A stretch of 64,000 bases of DNA, from positions 20,608,560-20,672,559 of the forward strand of contig NC_134027.1 of assembly GCF_964204645.1 (NCBI RefSeq). Reading direction: 5' to 3'. This DNA comes from Tubulanus polymorphus (taxonomy: Eukaryota; Animalia; Nemertea). The notes beneath the pieces were generated by a model, which saw only the letters and a list, made by a program, of their open reading frames with translations, searched no databases and was not told where the DNA came from. The translations under genes were made by a program, and so were the position numbers. Position 1 is the stretch's first letter. Each line of letters begins with the position of its first letter. Positions 1 to 10,241 of this stretch are shown in pieces.

Positions 1-456
1 ATCTCTTCGCAATTCTTGGTTCATACTCCAACGGAACCGGGTTGTTCTCGTGCTCACGAAAACTAGGCCCATATATCCCCGAGTAGGATCGAAGACGTAC
101 TTGAGCGTTCGAAATGTACGAATTATACGATTTGGGCAGGGTGTTGGAGATATTTTGTACTAGTCATGGGATGGGGCTTCAAGATATATGTAGTATATAC
201 TATTCCGATGGGGTGTGGGGCATTTTAGGCTTTTTCGGCATAAAACTCGACTCCGAACAATGTTCTGGAGTAACAAGAGCAATGAAACGAGCAGTTGTCA
301 CTAACTTGCCTTTTTCGATTTTCCTAAAGAATCGACGATTGACACTGTACATATATCTGCTTTCCTTTTCGAATGCCGCGTTTGTTAATTACTGTCAATC
401 AGTAACCGAGAAGAAAATCCAGTCTTTGGAAGAGTATAGCGAAAATGGCTATTGTA

Positions 457-637
457 CAGTCAACTGCCGATAAACCGCCCACATCGGTGCAGAATGATTT
501 TGGCGGTATCGAAAGTATGGCGGTATAGCGGGGGTGTTTTACTATGTACATGTATTTGTATTGAGATGTACATTTGGAAAACCTGGCGGTAGGCGGGGTG
601 GGGGTAAATGGGAGGGCGGTATATCGGCGGTTCACTG
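457..637. mobile_element. Tc1/mariner-type MITE
   Basis: CAGT...ACTG termini (CAGTCAACTGCCGATAAACCGCC / GGCGGTATATCGGCGGTTCACTG) flanked by TA. A second, inverted copy is at 22658-22823. Confidence 0.8.
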
Positions 638-859
638 TATATCATTTGTCATCACAGTTTAAATTAGTTCAATCTCGAAACGTTGATGGTGGACTTTTTG
701 ATTCCACAATCTAAACATCATAAGACTTTATTCGTTTTCATTAAACTTTTATTCAACCAATAGGCCCCATGTATATATAGATATATTATTTTATTTTCAG
801 TAGCGATTAAAGCGCAGATAACAGTAATACGTTGAAAGCATATGTTTTAAAGATGCACT

Positions 860-1710
860 AGGGTCCTTATGACAGCACCAATCTATGAATCTATTTTCAT
901 TTATTCAAAAGTAGATTTTTTTATAATTTCATAAATACAAGAAAAACATTAAGTGCATACGATGTTGTAGTTAATAAGATTATTTTTGTCATTTTGACTC
1001 ACGGTATTCGGTTACTTTGACCAAAAATTCAATTGCTAAGTCTATATACATTGTACATGTACACGCAATGAGAGTAAGATGGTATATATATTGTAGTTGA
1101 ATTTTCACATTAATTCACATCGTCATTATTTTTCACCTTTTTTACCCTATCGAAACCTGGATTTTGATTCATTTTTCACATTACAATTCTCAAAACATTA
1201 ACTACGTGTACTACGTCGAGCCAGAAGTAACAGCTCGAAAACAGCTCGGCAAATCAATACATAACCATGTTCAATTTGCAGAAGCGATTGAAATGCAGAT
1301 AATAGAGATTGCATGTACATATATAATTCAAAGCAAACCTTAGGTTCATAAGGGTTCTTATTGCAGCTTACACCAATCCATAAATGAATTTCATTTATCG
1401 AACAGTAAATATCGCATTTCGTTTTTTTTGCCTTTCATTTTACAAGTGCAGGGAAATATTGCGTAGGATTGTTGAGCATGTAGTTAATATTATCTTTTCA
1501 TCGTGATACGATCACACTCCATCATGAAGACAAAATTCCAAGTGACATGACTGTCACACAGGTGAGATTGGTGTATACATGTTATATAGAATTTCCACAT
1601 TTAATCACATTTTTGCAACATTTTTCTCCTATAAAAAACCTGGATTTCTTCACACTTAAATTATCAAAATATCTTTATTTTGAACATAACACAAGAGTAT
1701 TGCGGGAAAC
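860..1710. repeat. Diverged ~0.5-kb tandem duplication
   Basis: Colinear blocks recur at ~480-520 bp offset: AGGGT(C/T)CTTAT..CACCAATC, TGTAGTTAATA, GAATTT(T/C)CACATT, AAACCTGGATTT. Confidence 0.6.
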
Positions 1711-2451
1711 AGCTGGGAACCGTTGATTACGATCTAACAAAGACAAAACAATGCATAGTTCCCGAGATGATAGAAGCAAAGGCATCACGGTCAAGGCCTA
1801 GAATTGACTGAAGTTTCAAACGATATGCCTGAATGGCGAATAGCACACAGGGTACACATGTACATGAATACAACATGTACGTGCCTTCAGAGGTAAAACC
1901 GAAAAAACATTTCGCAGGAAAGCGATTCGAAATGTCCTGCAAATACAGTTTCGTAACATTTTTGTAGATTTCTGAGTTTTTTGCTGTTTTTAAAAACATG
2001 TTATTTCAACTTTCACACCTGATCTCACTCACTGGTGCCTACGGTAAACCCCTACCGACAGCGACAAATTGTCCAAGATAATTTAACATTGCAAACCAAT
2101 TCAAAGCCGTTATAAACTAAAGCCATCCTTATTAATGGCACTGTTCGTTAACAACAGCATAGTTTACCAAGGATTTGCCAAATTTCATTCAAATTCAGTG
2201 GAAATATCATTGTTTATGCATCAAATAAAAAATTCGTTGCAACGCCATGTTTCTGATTGTTCCGCGGGTAACAGTGACATTATAAAACTTTTGCGGAATT
2301 TTTTTTATCCAGTCTTCCGCGTCTGGAGCTTCCGGTACCAACAACGGCGGTTCTAAGCAGCCTGCACCATCGCAATGGTAATTTCGTTATAACATAGTGA
2401 AAGTGCAAATCCCAGCAACCACGTGTCGTGTTAAAAATAATGTCAAATATC

Positions 2452-5400
2452 TCAGATCGGTGGCATCGGCCTTCGCCCGCACGTTCTCTGATGTAGGTAA
2501 AACTCATCTGCACCGGCAGAAACTGCGAGACAAAGCCAGCAGAAATGCGCTTTACAATTTCTACAAGTCATATGATTACAACCGTCATTCTTTTCGATAA
2601 CGATGCCGCATTTCGGGCAGATTTTTCTATTTTTAGAATCGCCGAGCATCCACTGCTCCACGCCATCGGCTCTAGCCGACTTGTACTGGCCGCACGTCAG
2701 ACCCGCGTGGTACTGCTCGTTACAGGTAGTACAGATATCCCGATTGCATAGTGGACACGTGAACTTTTCGCCGTCGTCGCTTAAACGGTAGATCATTCTA
2801 CAATTCGGCGTGAGGCAATAGTGGAATTTGGCAGCGTTTTTCGAAACGAAAGACGAAATGGCGGCTTCGAGCAGTTTCCTGAAGGGCCCGCTATCCGGTT
2901 GTATGAAGGTGTGGATGTCCTTCAAACACCAGTTTTGTTCCGGACAATTTTCAGCAGCGCAGGCGATTGGGAAATCTTTCGAGTTGGTGGCGTGATCGAT
3001 TTGTCCGCGCGCGCACTCTTTACAATACAGATGGCCGCACAACTGCAGACGATACATCGAATCTTTCGGGTCGATCGGCACAAAACAAACGCAACATTCG
3101 ATTTCAACCACCTCTTCCATCACTTCATCACTCATCGATCTCGCTAAGTCATGGAGCGCGGCTTCGACTTTCCGCTGTCCTTCCGACGAACCGTGGATTT
3201 TCAGCACTTTACGACGTAAATCGACGTGTATGGCATTCACTTCGCACGCGGTTCTCAATGCGTCGAACGTTTTGCCGTATGTTTTAATCAATGCTCTCAG
3301 GAACCCCGCCGGTCTCGTTGGCCCAGCTACGGGCACAACGAGCTCGTTTTTTCCAACAATCCCATCGAGGTATTTGTTGATTGCAACCTTGGCCGAAGTT
3401 CTCGATTTTTCTGTGCCAAAGATATTCAGCGTATTTGTACGCTTGTCGACCTCGATGAACGAAATCGTATCTTTTTCGATAGTTTTCAGCTTTTGTCTGC
3501 CCTCTTGACTGATGAGGTGCTTGAAACAGTCGTAGTCCGTACACCGTATAGGGTCACCTTCTATAAGCCTTTGCATGTCGCAAAGACACTTAGCGAAACG
3601 CTTGCTATCATTCGCTGTCATAGTAATGTCAATTCGGTAGCTACCGCCCTTTCCCGTAGGATTTTTTACGATTTTAAGGTCCGGCGACGGTTGACAAATT
3701 TCTTCAATCTTGCGGTCGATGTCGTACGCAAGGGCGCCGTGAACGCCGGCGTGCAGGAATAGACTGGCGAATAGCCGGGCTTCGACTTTCAACGGAGCGG
3801 AGCCGTATGTGCTCGGAAATCTGAGGTCACCGCGTACACTACGGATGAAGCTTTCGCCAACGGCCGGATTTCGAAAATAAACGCTCGCCTTCTGCACGAA
3901 GTTTTTCTCAGTCGGATCTCTGATTTCGATTCTGTATTCGTTTTCGGGCAGGGTACCGTCAAACATTAACCGATCGACGATAAAGTCTTTTAATAGCCTT
4001 ACCTCGTCTGGGTTGGCATAAGCCGGCTGTCTCGGTATTGTTAGTCGGTCTATGTTTATCGGCATGTGGCTTTGGTCGTTCAACTTGTCAGTCAACGCTT
4101 TCTTCAGATTCGCCTCGTCTACGTAAGCGGGTAGCCCAGTCATGTACAATTCTGATATCGGTTTATGCGGTTCTCGTTTATTTTTGCTAGGTTTGATGTT
4201 TATAATTGTCGTATTATCGACTAACACGTGCTTTAACGCATACGCCGCCATGGTGAAGTCGGCATCATCGCGAAACTTGATAAATCCAAAATTTTTTGCC
4301 GGTCGTCGCGTATACTCGATACACACTTCAAAATTCTGGCCGCTGTTGTTTGCGGTCTGCCGCGGAATATCCGGTAAAGCCTTGATTTCGCTCGCCTCAG
4401 CCCTGGCTTGGACCGCCAGCATTGCCTGTTCTTTCGTCTCGTAGGTTATAGTTCCCCACACCGAACTGACGCGCCGTGGTTTAGCTTGGAAACGCGCGTG
4501 ACGCTTGACCACACCGAACACGCGGAAGATATCCAATACCTCGTCATCGGAGAAGTCAGGTGGAATATTTTCGATACGGACCGTTTTGTACTCCCCGGGC
4601 ATCAGTACTTCCGCTATGCCGGCGCCCGTCCCTAGAACCACCCGCACGCTTTTCGTTCTTTCCGAAATCGGTAGAATCCGTTGCTCCGAGCGTAAATCCT
4701 CACGAAACGGCTCGAGATATCGCGCAATCGTATCCCTAACGTTATTCGAATATTGCGCTTTGGCGTACACGTCGATTTCACCACGATCGAATTTCACGTC
4801 GAAATATACCAGCGTGTCTTCGCACTTTCTGGAGATTTCGGTTTCCAGCTCTTTAGCGTGTACGAACTTCACGCCGGTCAATTTCTTCATTAAAGTAGCG
4901 CCAAAATCCGCCAAAGTGACGGGTTCATAAACGTAACGCTCCGCTTTCGTCATCGTATCCGCCGGGATGGAACCGTCCGCGCACGCCATCCGTACGAGAG
5001 AATCGTTTACCGGCGTCACGTTCAGTATGAAACTGTCGCTCGTTTTCAGCACGCTTTCGAATACGAGCCATTTCGGCGTCTCTCCCAGGTAGTTCAGCGC
5101 GGACGAAGGGTGCAGTTTGACTTGTTGTCCGCTTTTCACTGAAGTATAGCCGATCCTCGCGTGTCCGGCGTATATGCACAGATTCGAACTGAACGTGTCG
5201 AAAAGTATGGGCAAAATTAGCCTTTCTGAATCTTCTTCGCTTCGAAAATGACTCGGCAACTTTATACCGAGCTCCTTATCGAGTTGCTTGCTCAGTTCTT
5301 TTTCCGTATCCCTTGTCATTCTCATAGCTTTCGCGTTTATGCTGTTTTCCACGCACCAGCGATTTTTCTCGCGCTCTGCGACTAACGCCCATTGGCGATA

Positions 5401-7581
5401 GACTTTCAGCATGGTTAGCTGGTCTCCGGCCGACTCGCAGAACGGTATCTTACACAGATCGGCCTGTTTCTTTTGTTCGTCGGAACCCAGCCGGAAGAAG
5501 ACGCTACCGACAATCGTCGACGAAGCCGCCAACACGAGTCCTTCTAAACCGACACCTGCGTCTACGCTATCGAGCAGTAATTTACCGAGTCGTGGATCCA
5601 GCGGTAGTTTGGCAATTTTCGCTCCCAATTGGGTCAATTTTCCCTCCGCATCGACCGCTTTGATTTCCACGAGATCCCTGAGGGCGCTGTCAATCGCCTC
5701 GGCAGGCGGGGCTTCGACGAAGTCGAATTTACGTAGATTCTTCACGTTCACCGTCAACAAAAGCAACTGCAACAACGCCTGCCCGAGATGCATGCGCAGA
5801 ATTTCCGGCTTACTCGAATCGTCCATCTCGTTATACTCTTGTTCGCTGTACAACCGAAAACATTTGCCCGCTTCCATTCTGCCTGCTCGCCCCTTTCTCT
5901 GGTTCGCCGAACTCTTGCTCACCCTCGTCACCACCAACGAGCTGATATTTCTTATGGCGTCGAATTTTTTCTCTTTAACCATTCCCGTATCGAGTACGAA
6001 CTTGATCCCTTCGATCGTGATCGACGTTTCAGCGCAGTTCGTCGCAAAGACGATCTTGCGCTTCCCGACGGGAGCCAAGTCGAACACGCGCTTTTGTTCG
6101 TCTGCTTGTAATCTACCGTGAAGTTGCAAACACAGCGTATCGTCTGCCGTATTCGTCCGCTGGAACATCGTCATCGCGCGTTCGGTTTCTGCCGGCGATG
6201 TCAAGAACACTAAAATATCGCCTTTTCCTTCGGATTTATGAATTTGCTCGGCTTTTCGAACCGCCTTCTCGACGTAGTCGTTCAATCCTCTTCTCGCATC
6301 GTCAGTAACTTCGTCTTCGTTTACATCTTTCCACGCGATATCGACAGGAAATGTACGGCCCGACACCGTCAACAGCGGACAACCACCGAAGTAAGCGCGG
6401 AACAGGTCGGTGTTCATCGTCGCCGAAGTTATGACGACTCTTAACTCCGGTCGCTTCGGCAAAATTCCCTTGATCATGCCGATCAGTAGATCGGTATGAA
6501 TACTGCGTTCGTGAGCCTCGTCGATAATGATACACGAATACTCCGTCAACATCGGATCTTCGATGCACTCCTTCAACAAAATGTAATCGGTCAGATACAC
6601 GATCTTGGTCGCGGGGCTCGTTCGCTTTTGCATGCCCACCCGATAACCGACCGTATCGCCGACGGACGTGCCCAATTCTGTGGCGACGTGTTCGGCTAAA
6701 CTAACCGCTGCTACTTTCCTCGGTTGCGTGCAAACTACCCGCAGTCCTTTATCGCAAAAACCTCTCTGATACAAATACTTGGCCAGCTGCGAACTTTTAC
6801 CAGACCCGGTTTCGCCGAGAATCACCGATACTTGTTCATCTACGACCATTTTTACAATATCGGTGCGATGCGCGTAAATCGGAAGCCGATTGGTTAGATT
6901 GATGCATTCCCGAGCGAGCTCTGTCAAAAACGCACCTCTTCTAGCCAGATCGCTTGTGGCGATTATTTCGGACGTAAGTTCCTCGAGATATGTCTGGAAT
7001 TCAGCCCTCTGGCGTTCCAATTCTTTGTGTTTGGATTTGACGACGTCGAATTCATCAATTAACGACTGAAACTCGGCTAACGGCACGTTTTTCATGCGAT
7101 TCGAAATTCTATTCAATTTCTTTTGCATCTCATGGATGCGTATTTCGTGCTGCTTTAAAACCGGTTTGCTTCTCTCGCTTATGCTTTTAATCAGTTTTTC
7201 AACGCTCGTACGGGCTTCGGCGCTCTTCAAGTCATCGTGTATCGAAAAGTTGATTTCGTTGGCTATTTCACTTCGGCGTTCGTTCAGATTATTCACGGCT
7301 CGCAGGCATTGTTCTCGATCGCAGAATTGCAGTATGGCGGTCACTCGGTGTTTTTCGATTTCGGGTTCCTTGGCGATTTTAAAATCGACGTCGTGGCCCA
7401 ATAACATCAGCAGGTAACGATCGAGATGTCTTGCAGATGACAAACCTTGATGTATGGAACATGACATATATACTGGGACCTCCTCTCTTTTCATTCTCAG
7501 CGGGACCTCTTCCCGTTTCATTCTCAGAACCTCTTCTTGTTTCATCCTCACCTCAGAATCATAAAACTCGTTCCTCTTCAT
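2452..7581 (-). CDS. DEAH-box RNA helicase fused to RRM/KH-like domains and a C-terminal RBR E3 ligase (DEAH11/DEAH12-like), intronless CDS
   Basis: 1709-aa ORF. Helicase motifs GETGSGKS, TQPRKVAA, IIIDEAHERS, SAT, ATNCAETSITI, QRKGRAGR, then HA2/OB region. RRM-like segments (VRIENIPPD..WGTITY; NFGFIKF). RING1 (CCVC..CGHLYCKEC), IBR (CLTPNC..CPLC..CTTC..H..C), RING2 (CPKC..GCNHMTC..C..HFCWLC). A minus-strand acceptor (ctttcag) at 7622 implies 5'-UTR intron(s). Confidence 0.93.
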   Translation of the reverse strand: MKRNEFYDSEVRMKQEEVLRMKREEVPLRMKREEVPVYMSCSIHQGLSSARHLDRYLLMLLGHDVDFKIAKEPEIEKHRVTAILQFCDREQCLRAVNNLNERRSEIANEINFSIHDDLKSAEARTSVEKLIKSISERSKPVLKQHEIRIHEMQKKLNRISNRMKNVPLAEFQSLIDEFDVVKSKHKELERQRAEFQTYLEELTSEIIATSDLARRGAFLTELARECINLTNRLPIYAHRTDIVKMVVDEQVSVILGETGSGKSSQLAKYLYQRGFCDKGLRVVCTQPRKVAAVSLAEHVATELGTSVGDTVGYRVGMQKRTSPATKIVYLTDYILLKECIEDPMLTEYSCIIIDEAHERSIHTDLLIGMIKGILPKRPELRVVITSATMNTDLFRAYFGGCPLLTVSGRTFPVDIAWKDVNEDEVTDDARRGLNDYVEKAVRKAEQIHKSEGKGDILVFLTSPAETERAMTMFQRTNTADDTLCLQLHGRLQADEQKRVFDLAPVGKRKIVFATNCAETSITIEGIKFVLDTGMVKEKKFDAIRNISSLVVTRVSKSSANQRKGRAGRMEAGKCFRLYSEQEYNEMDDSSKPEILRMHLGQALLQLLLLTVNVKNLRKFDFVEAPPAEAIDSALRDLVEIKAVDAEGKLTQLGAKIAKLPLDPRLGKLLLDSVDAGVGLEGLVLAASSTIVGSVFFRLGSDEQKKQADLCKIPFCESAGDQLTMLKVYRQWALVAEREKNRWCVENSINAKAMRMTRDTEKELSKQLDKELGIKLPSHFRSEEDSERLILPILFDTFSSNLCIYAGHARIGYTSVKSGQQVKLHPSSALNYLGETPKWLVFESVLKTSDSFILNVTPVNDSLVRMACADGSIPADTMTKAERYVYEPVTLADFGATLMKKLTGVKFVHAKELETEISRKCEDTLVYFDVKFDRGEIDVYAKAQYSNNVRDTIARYLEPFREDLRSEQRILPISERTKSVRVVLGTGAGIAEVLMPGEYKTVRIENIPPDFSDDEVLDIFRVFGVVKRHARFQAKPRRVSSVWGTITYETKEQAMLAVQARAEASEIKALPDIPRQTANNSGQNFEVCIEYTRRPAKNFGFIKFRDDADFTMAAYALKHVLVDNTTIINIKPSKNKREPHKPISELYMTGLPAYVDEANLKKALTDKLNDQSHMPINIDRLTIPRQPAYANPDEVRLLKDFIVDRLMFDGTLPENEYRIEIRDPTEKNFVQKASVYFRNPAVGESFIRSVRGDLRFPSTYGSAPLKVEARLFASLFLHAGVHGALAYDIDRKIEEICQPSPDLKIVKNPTGKGGSYRIDITMTANDSKRFAKCLCDMQRLIEGDPIRCTDYDCFKHLISQEGRQKLKTIEKDTISFIEVDKRTNTLNIFGTEKSRTSAKVAINKYLDGIVGKNELVVPVAGPTRPAGFLRALIKTYGKTFDALRTACEVNAIHVDLRRKVLKIHGSSEGQRKVEAALHDLARSMSDEVMEEVVEIECCVCFVPIDPKDSMYRLQLCGHLYCKECARGQIDHATNSKDFPIACAAENCPEQNWCLKDIHTFIQPDSGPFRKLLEAAISSFVSKNAAKFHYCLTPNCRMIYRLSDDGEKFTCPLCNRDICTTCNEQYHAGLTCGQYKSARADGVEQWMLGDSKNRKICPKCGIVIEKNDGCNHMTCRNCKAHFCWLCLAVSAGADEFYLHQRTCGRRPMPPI

Positions 7582-7966
7582 TGTTCTGTATTGTACAAAT
7601 TCTTATCGCGTCAAATCATTTCTGAAAGATAAAAGAAAAGTTCAAAAATAAGTTATTTCACACTGTTCATTTTTTGTCAATAATTTACGTCAATGTGGTA
7701 TTCCTAACGTAAACATTCCAGGTTCATGTAATAATCACATTTTACAAATTCCCAGAGATTTCCCTATTCCCCCAGTGGATCTCCAGATGACTGGGAAGAC
7801 TTCATCTTCCAACTGGTACAATCATTCATTTTTCATAAATCACATACATGTATTGATAAAGAAACACGAACGTGGTTAATCCTAGGTTTTTGCCTGAGGC
7901 CATAAAATGATACCTTTCCTCCCATACAAACTTCCTGGCCATGACTAGGGCGGGAGGTATTTATAG

Positions 7967-8150
7967 ATGTAGAGAGAATCCCACAATATTAACGAAAAAG
8001 TCCGAAAATGTAACTTCGAGATAGTAGTTTATTTCAACGTTTCGACTGTATCCTAATAGTCATCTTCAGGAATGATGAGATACTACGAAAATTATGAGAT
8101 ATATATATACAATCCAGAGACAAAGAGACTAATTCAAGAAATCAGAGATG
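7967..8150 (-). mobile_element. Penelope-like element terminal remnant with minimal hammerhead motif
   Basis: Minus strand 8069-8035 reads CTGAAGA-T-GACTATTAGGATACAGTC-GAAA-CGTTG. Same family as 23684-23903. Confidence 0.6.
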
Positions 8151-8852
8151 ATACAAACTAAAGGAAAAGAAATTTATAGATTTTCATAGATAAAATGGTC
8201 TTCAGCACGAGCATTTTCCTGATTGCTATCAATTCGGTCGCGTCTAAATGAACAGCCAGCGTGCTGGGCAGATTTTAAGCCAAATAATCCATACACTCAC
8301 GCAACCAACGACTTTGAGAAGCTGGTTGAAAAAATAAGACTCTACACTGCGGTTGTATAAGAAAATTGTTGTTGAAGAAAATTTACAATCAGACGATGTG
8401 TTTGTTATTTGATTGCGGGCAGGCACATTTTTTTTGTTTTGATAAAAAGATACTTACACTTCAGAGCCTAAGGTGGGAGGTCGCAGTTTATTTATACCTA
8501 TATATTTTGCCGGTTGATTTTCGGACGTGTACGGGATTTGAAAGGGATGAGAAACAAGGTATCATTTTTGGGCCTAATGTCAAATCCTTCGATTATCTGC
8601 TAGATTTTTCTGAACCAATAGAGAAATAAGGATTATTGCATGGGTGGACGATCATTGATAAGTGATCAGCTGCGTGACATTTGACATGATTTGAGACAAT
8701 GAAATCAAATGTCAAAAGAAAATTTCAATTTTAAGACGGATATTTCCTGTTTTTTGGTATCCTACAAAATAGTTTTGGCACCAGCCTCATATTCAGTAGA
8801 ATTTTTACCTGTGCAAGATCAGTATATCCGATAAGATTATATGAAGGATAAA

Positions 8853-10241
8853 CCTAGGGGTCCAGGGACACCATGCCCACTTGGGAAGTGCTTTCAAATG
8901 CTCAACAATCTAACAATATCAATATTCAACGCCCCCTGGTGACCATATACAAAAACAAATGACCTTGAAACTCACCACAATCGTAGAACGTGTCATGAGC
9001 TACAACTTTGCAATTGATCATGGTAACAAAATATGCCTAGGTACCAATAGGCGTCATTATCTAGATGTTGATTTGTCAAATCAATTTTACAAAGTAAATT
9101 CTGCGCATTTATCTACTTGATTTATCAAATCGATTCGGCTAATCAATGCATTATTTAAATGATTACTCAAATCGATTTGATATATCAAGCAAATTGCTAT
9201 GGGAGCGATTTGCTTGATTTGTCAAACTGATTTGATTAGATTTACATGGAGAGTAAAGATGGCGGAAAAGAATCAGCAAGTCTCCCAGCACTGGTTACTA
9301 ATCCGCGCGTTTATCTAACTGCAAATCGATTTATCAAATCAGCAAGACAGGTGGATTTGCAAATCCAAAGCGATTTGCTTAGATAAAAACGCCTATTGTT
9401 TTAAGGGAATACAAAGTTATTCTACCATATAGAATAATGACCTTGAAACTCACCACAATCATGGACCATGTTATGAGCTACAACTTTGCATTTGATTGTG
9501 GTAACAAAATATGCATACGTATGTACGAATATAATATAGAAATACTAACTTATTATATTATTCAATGCCCCCTGGTGGCCATATACAAAAACCAATGACC
9601 CTGAAACTCACCGCAATCATAGAACATTGTATGTGATACAACTTTCTAATTGACTGTGGTAACAAAATATGCTTAGTTATCAATATAATGTGGAAAAACC
9701 TTTTTCCACCTACGAATGAGTACTGACGACACCAAGATGGCCGCCGATCGCGTGATACATGGCTGATCAAAAATACCTGTCTCGGGTATTAAACATCCCT
9801 TTCTATAGAATACCCATCACAAATTGCAATGACAAATGGCAAACCAGTAGAAAGGTACTGGTATTGACATTTTTGGTAAATTTTTCGTATGCTGATGGGC
9901 CCTTTAAGAGATTAAAATATATACAAAAGATCAAGGTAATTGATCAAAGCGTCTTCAGAATTTCCCTCAAAAACGTATAAAAAGTGCTGATTTGGCGAAC
10001 AACAATGGCTACCAGTCGGTCATCTTGAATCTGACCGGGCCAGTTTTTGGGTTGAAGATGTGTCTAGGGCAGATTCATGTATAAACCAAATATCAAGACA
10101 TTACCGTACATTGAAGCCTCTTCAAAACTTCCCAAATTAACTCAAACTAGATTCCGTCTACTGACGGACGAACGGATGGGTGGACGACGGAAAAGTGAAC
10201 GCAATAGCCTGCTGGGAGTAAAGTCCCAAGTGGGCTAAAAA
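8853..10241 (-). mobile_element. Helentron-associated element (HINE) family A, with nested MITE
   Basis: Reverse complement of the 14957-16240 family; interrupted at ~9050-9393. Confidence 0.8.
9050..9393. mobile_element. MITE nested in a HINE
   Basis: TA|GGCGTCATTATCTA...TAGATAAAAACGCC|TA imperfect TIRs, internal GATTTG/CAAATC repeats; absent from the other family-A copies. Confidence 0.6.

Noticed and set aside
1-473. ORF 114-473 and minus-strand open frames at the window edge
   Set aside because: No recognisable motifs; the ORF runs into a MITE; cannot be supported as coding.
3507-3532. CTGATGAG...GAAACAGTC hammerhead-like string
   Set aside because: No stable stem II or III; antisense to coding sequence; likely chance.
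2545-7625. Many plus-strand ORFs up to 236 aa
   Set aside because: Antisense shadows of the helicase CDS.
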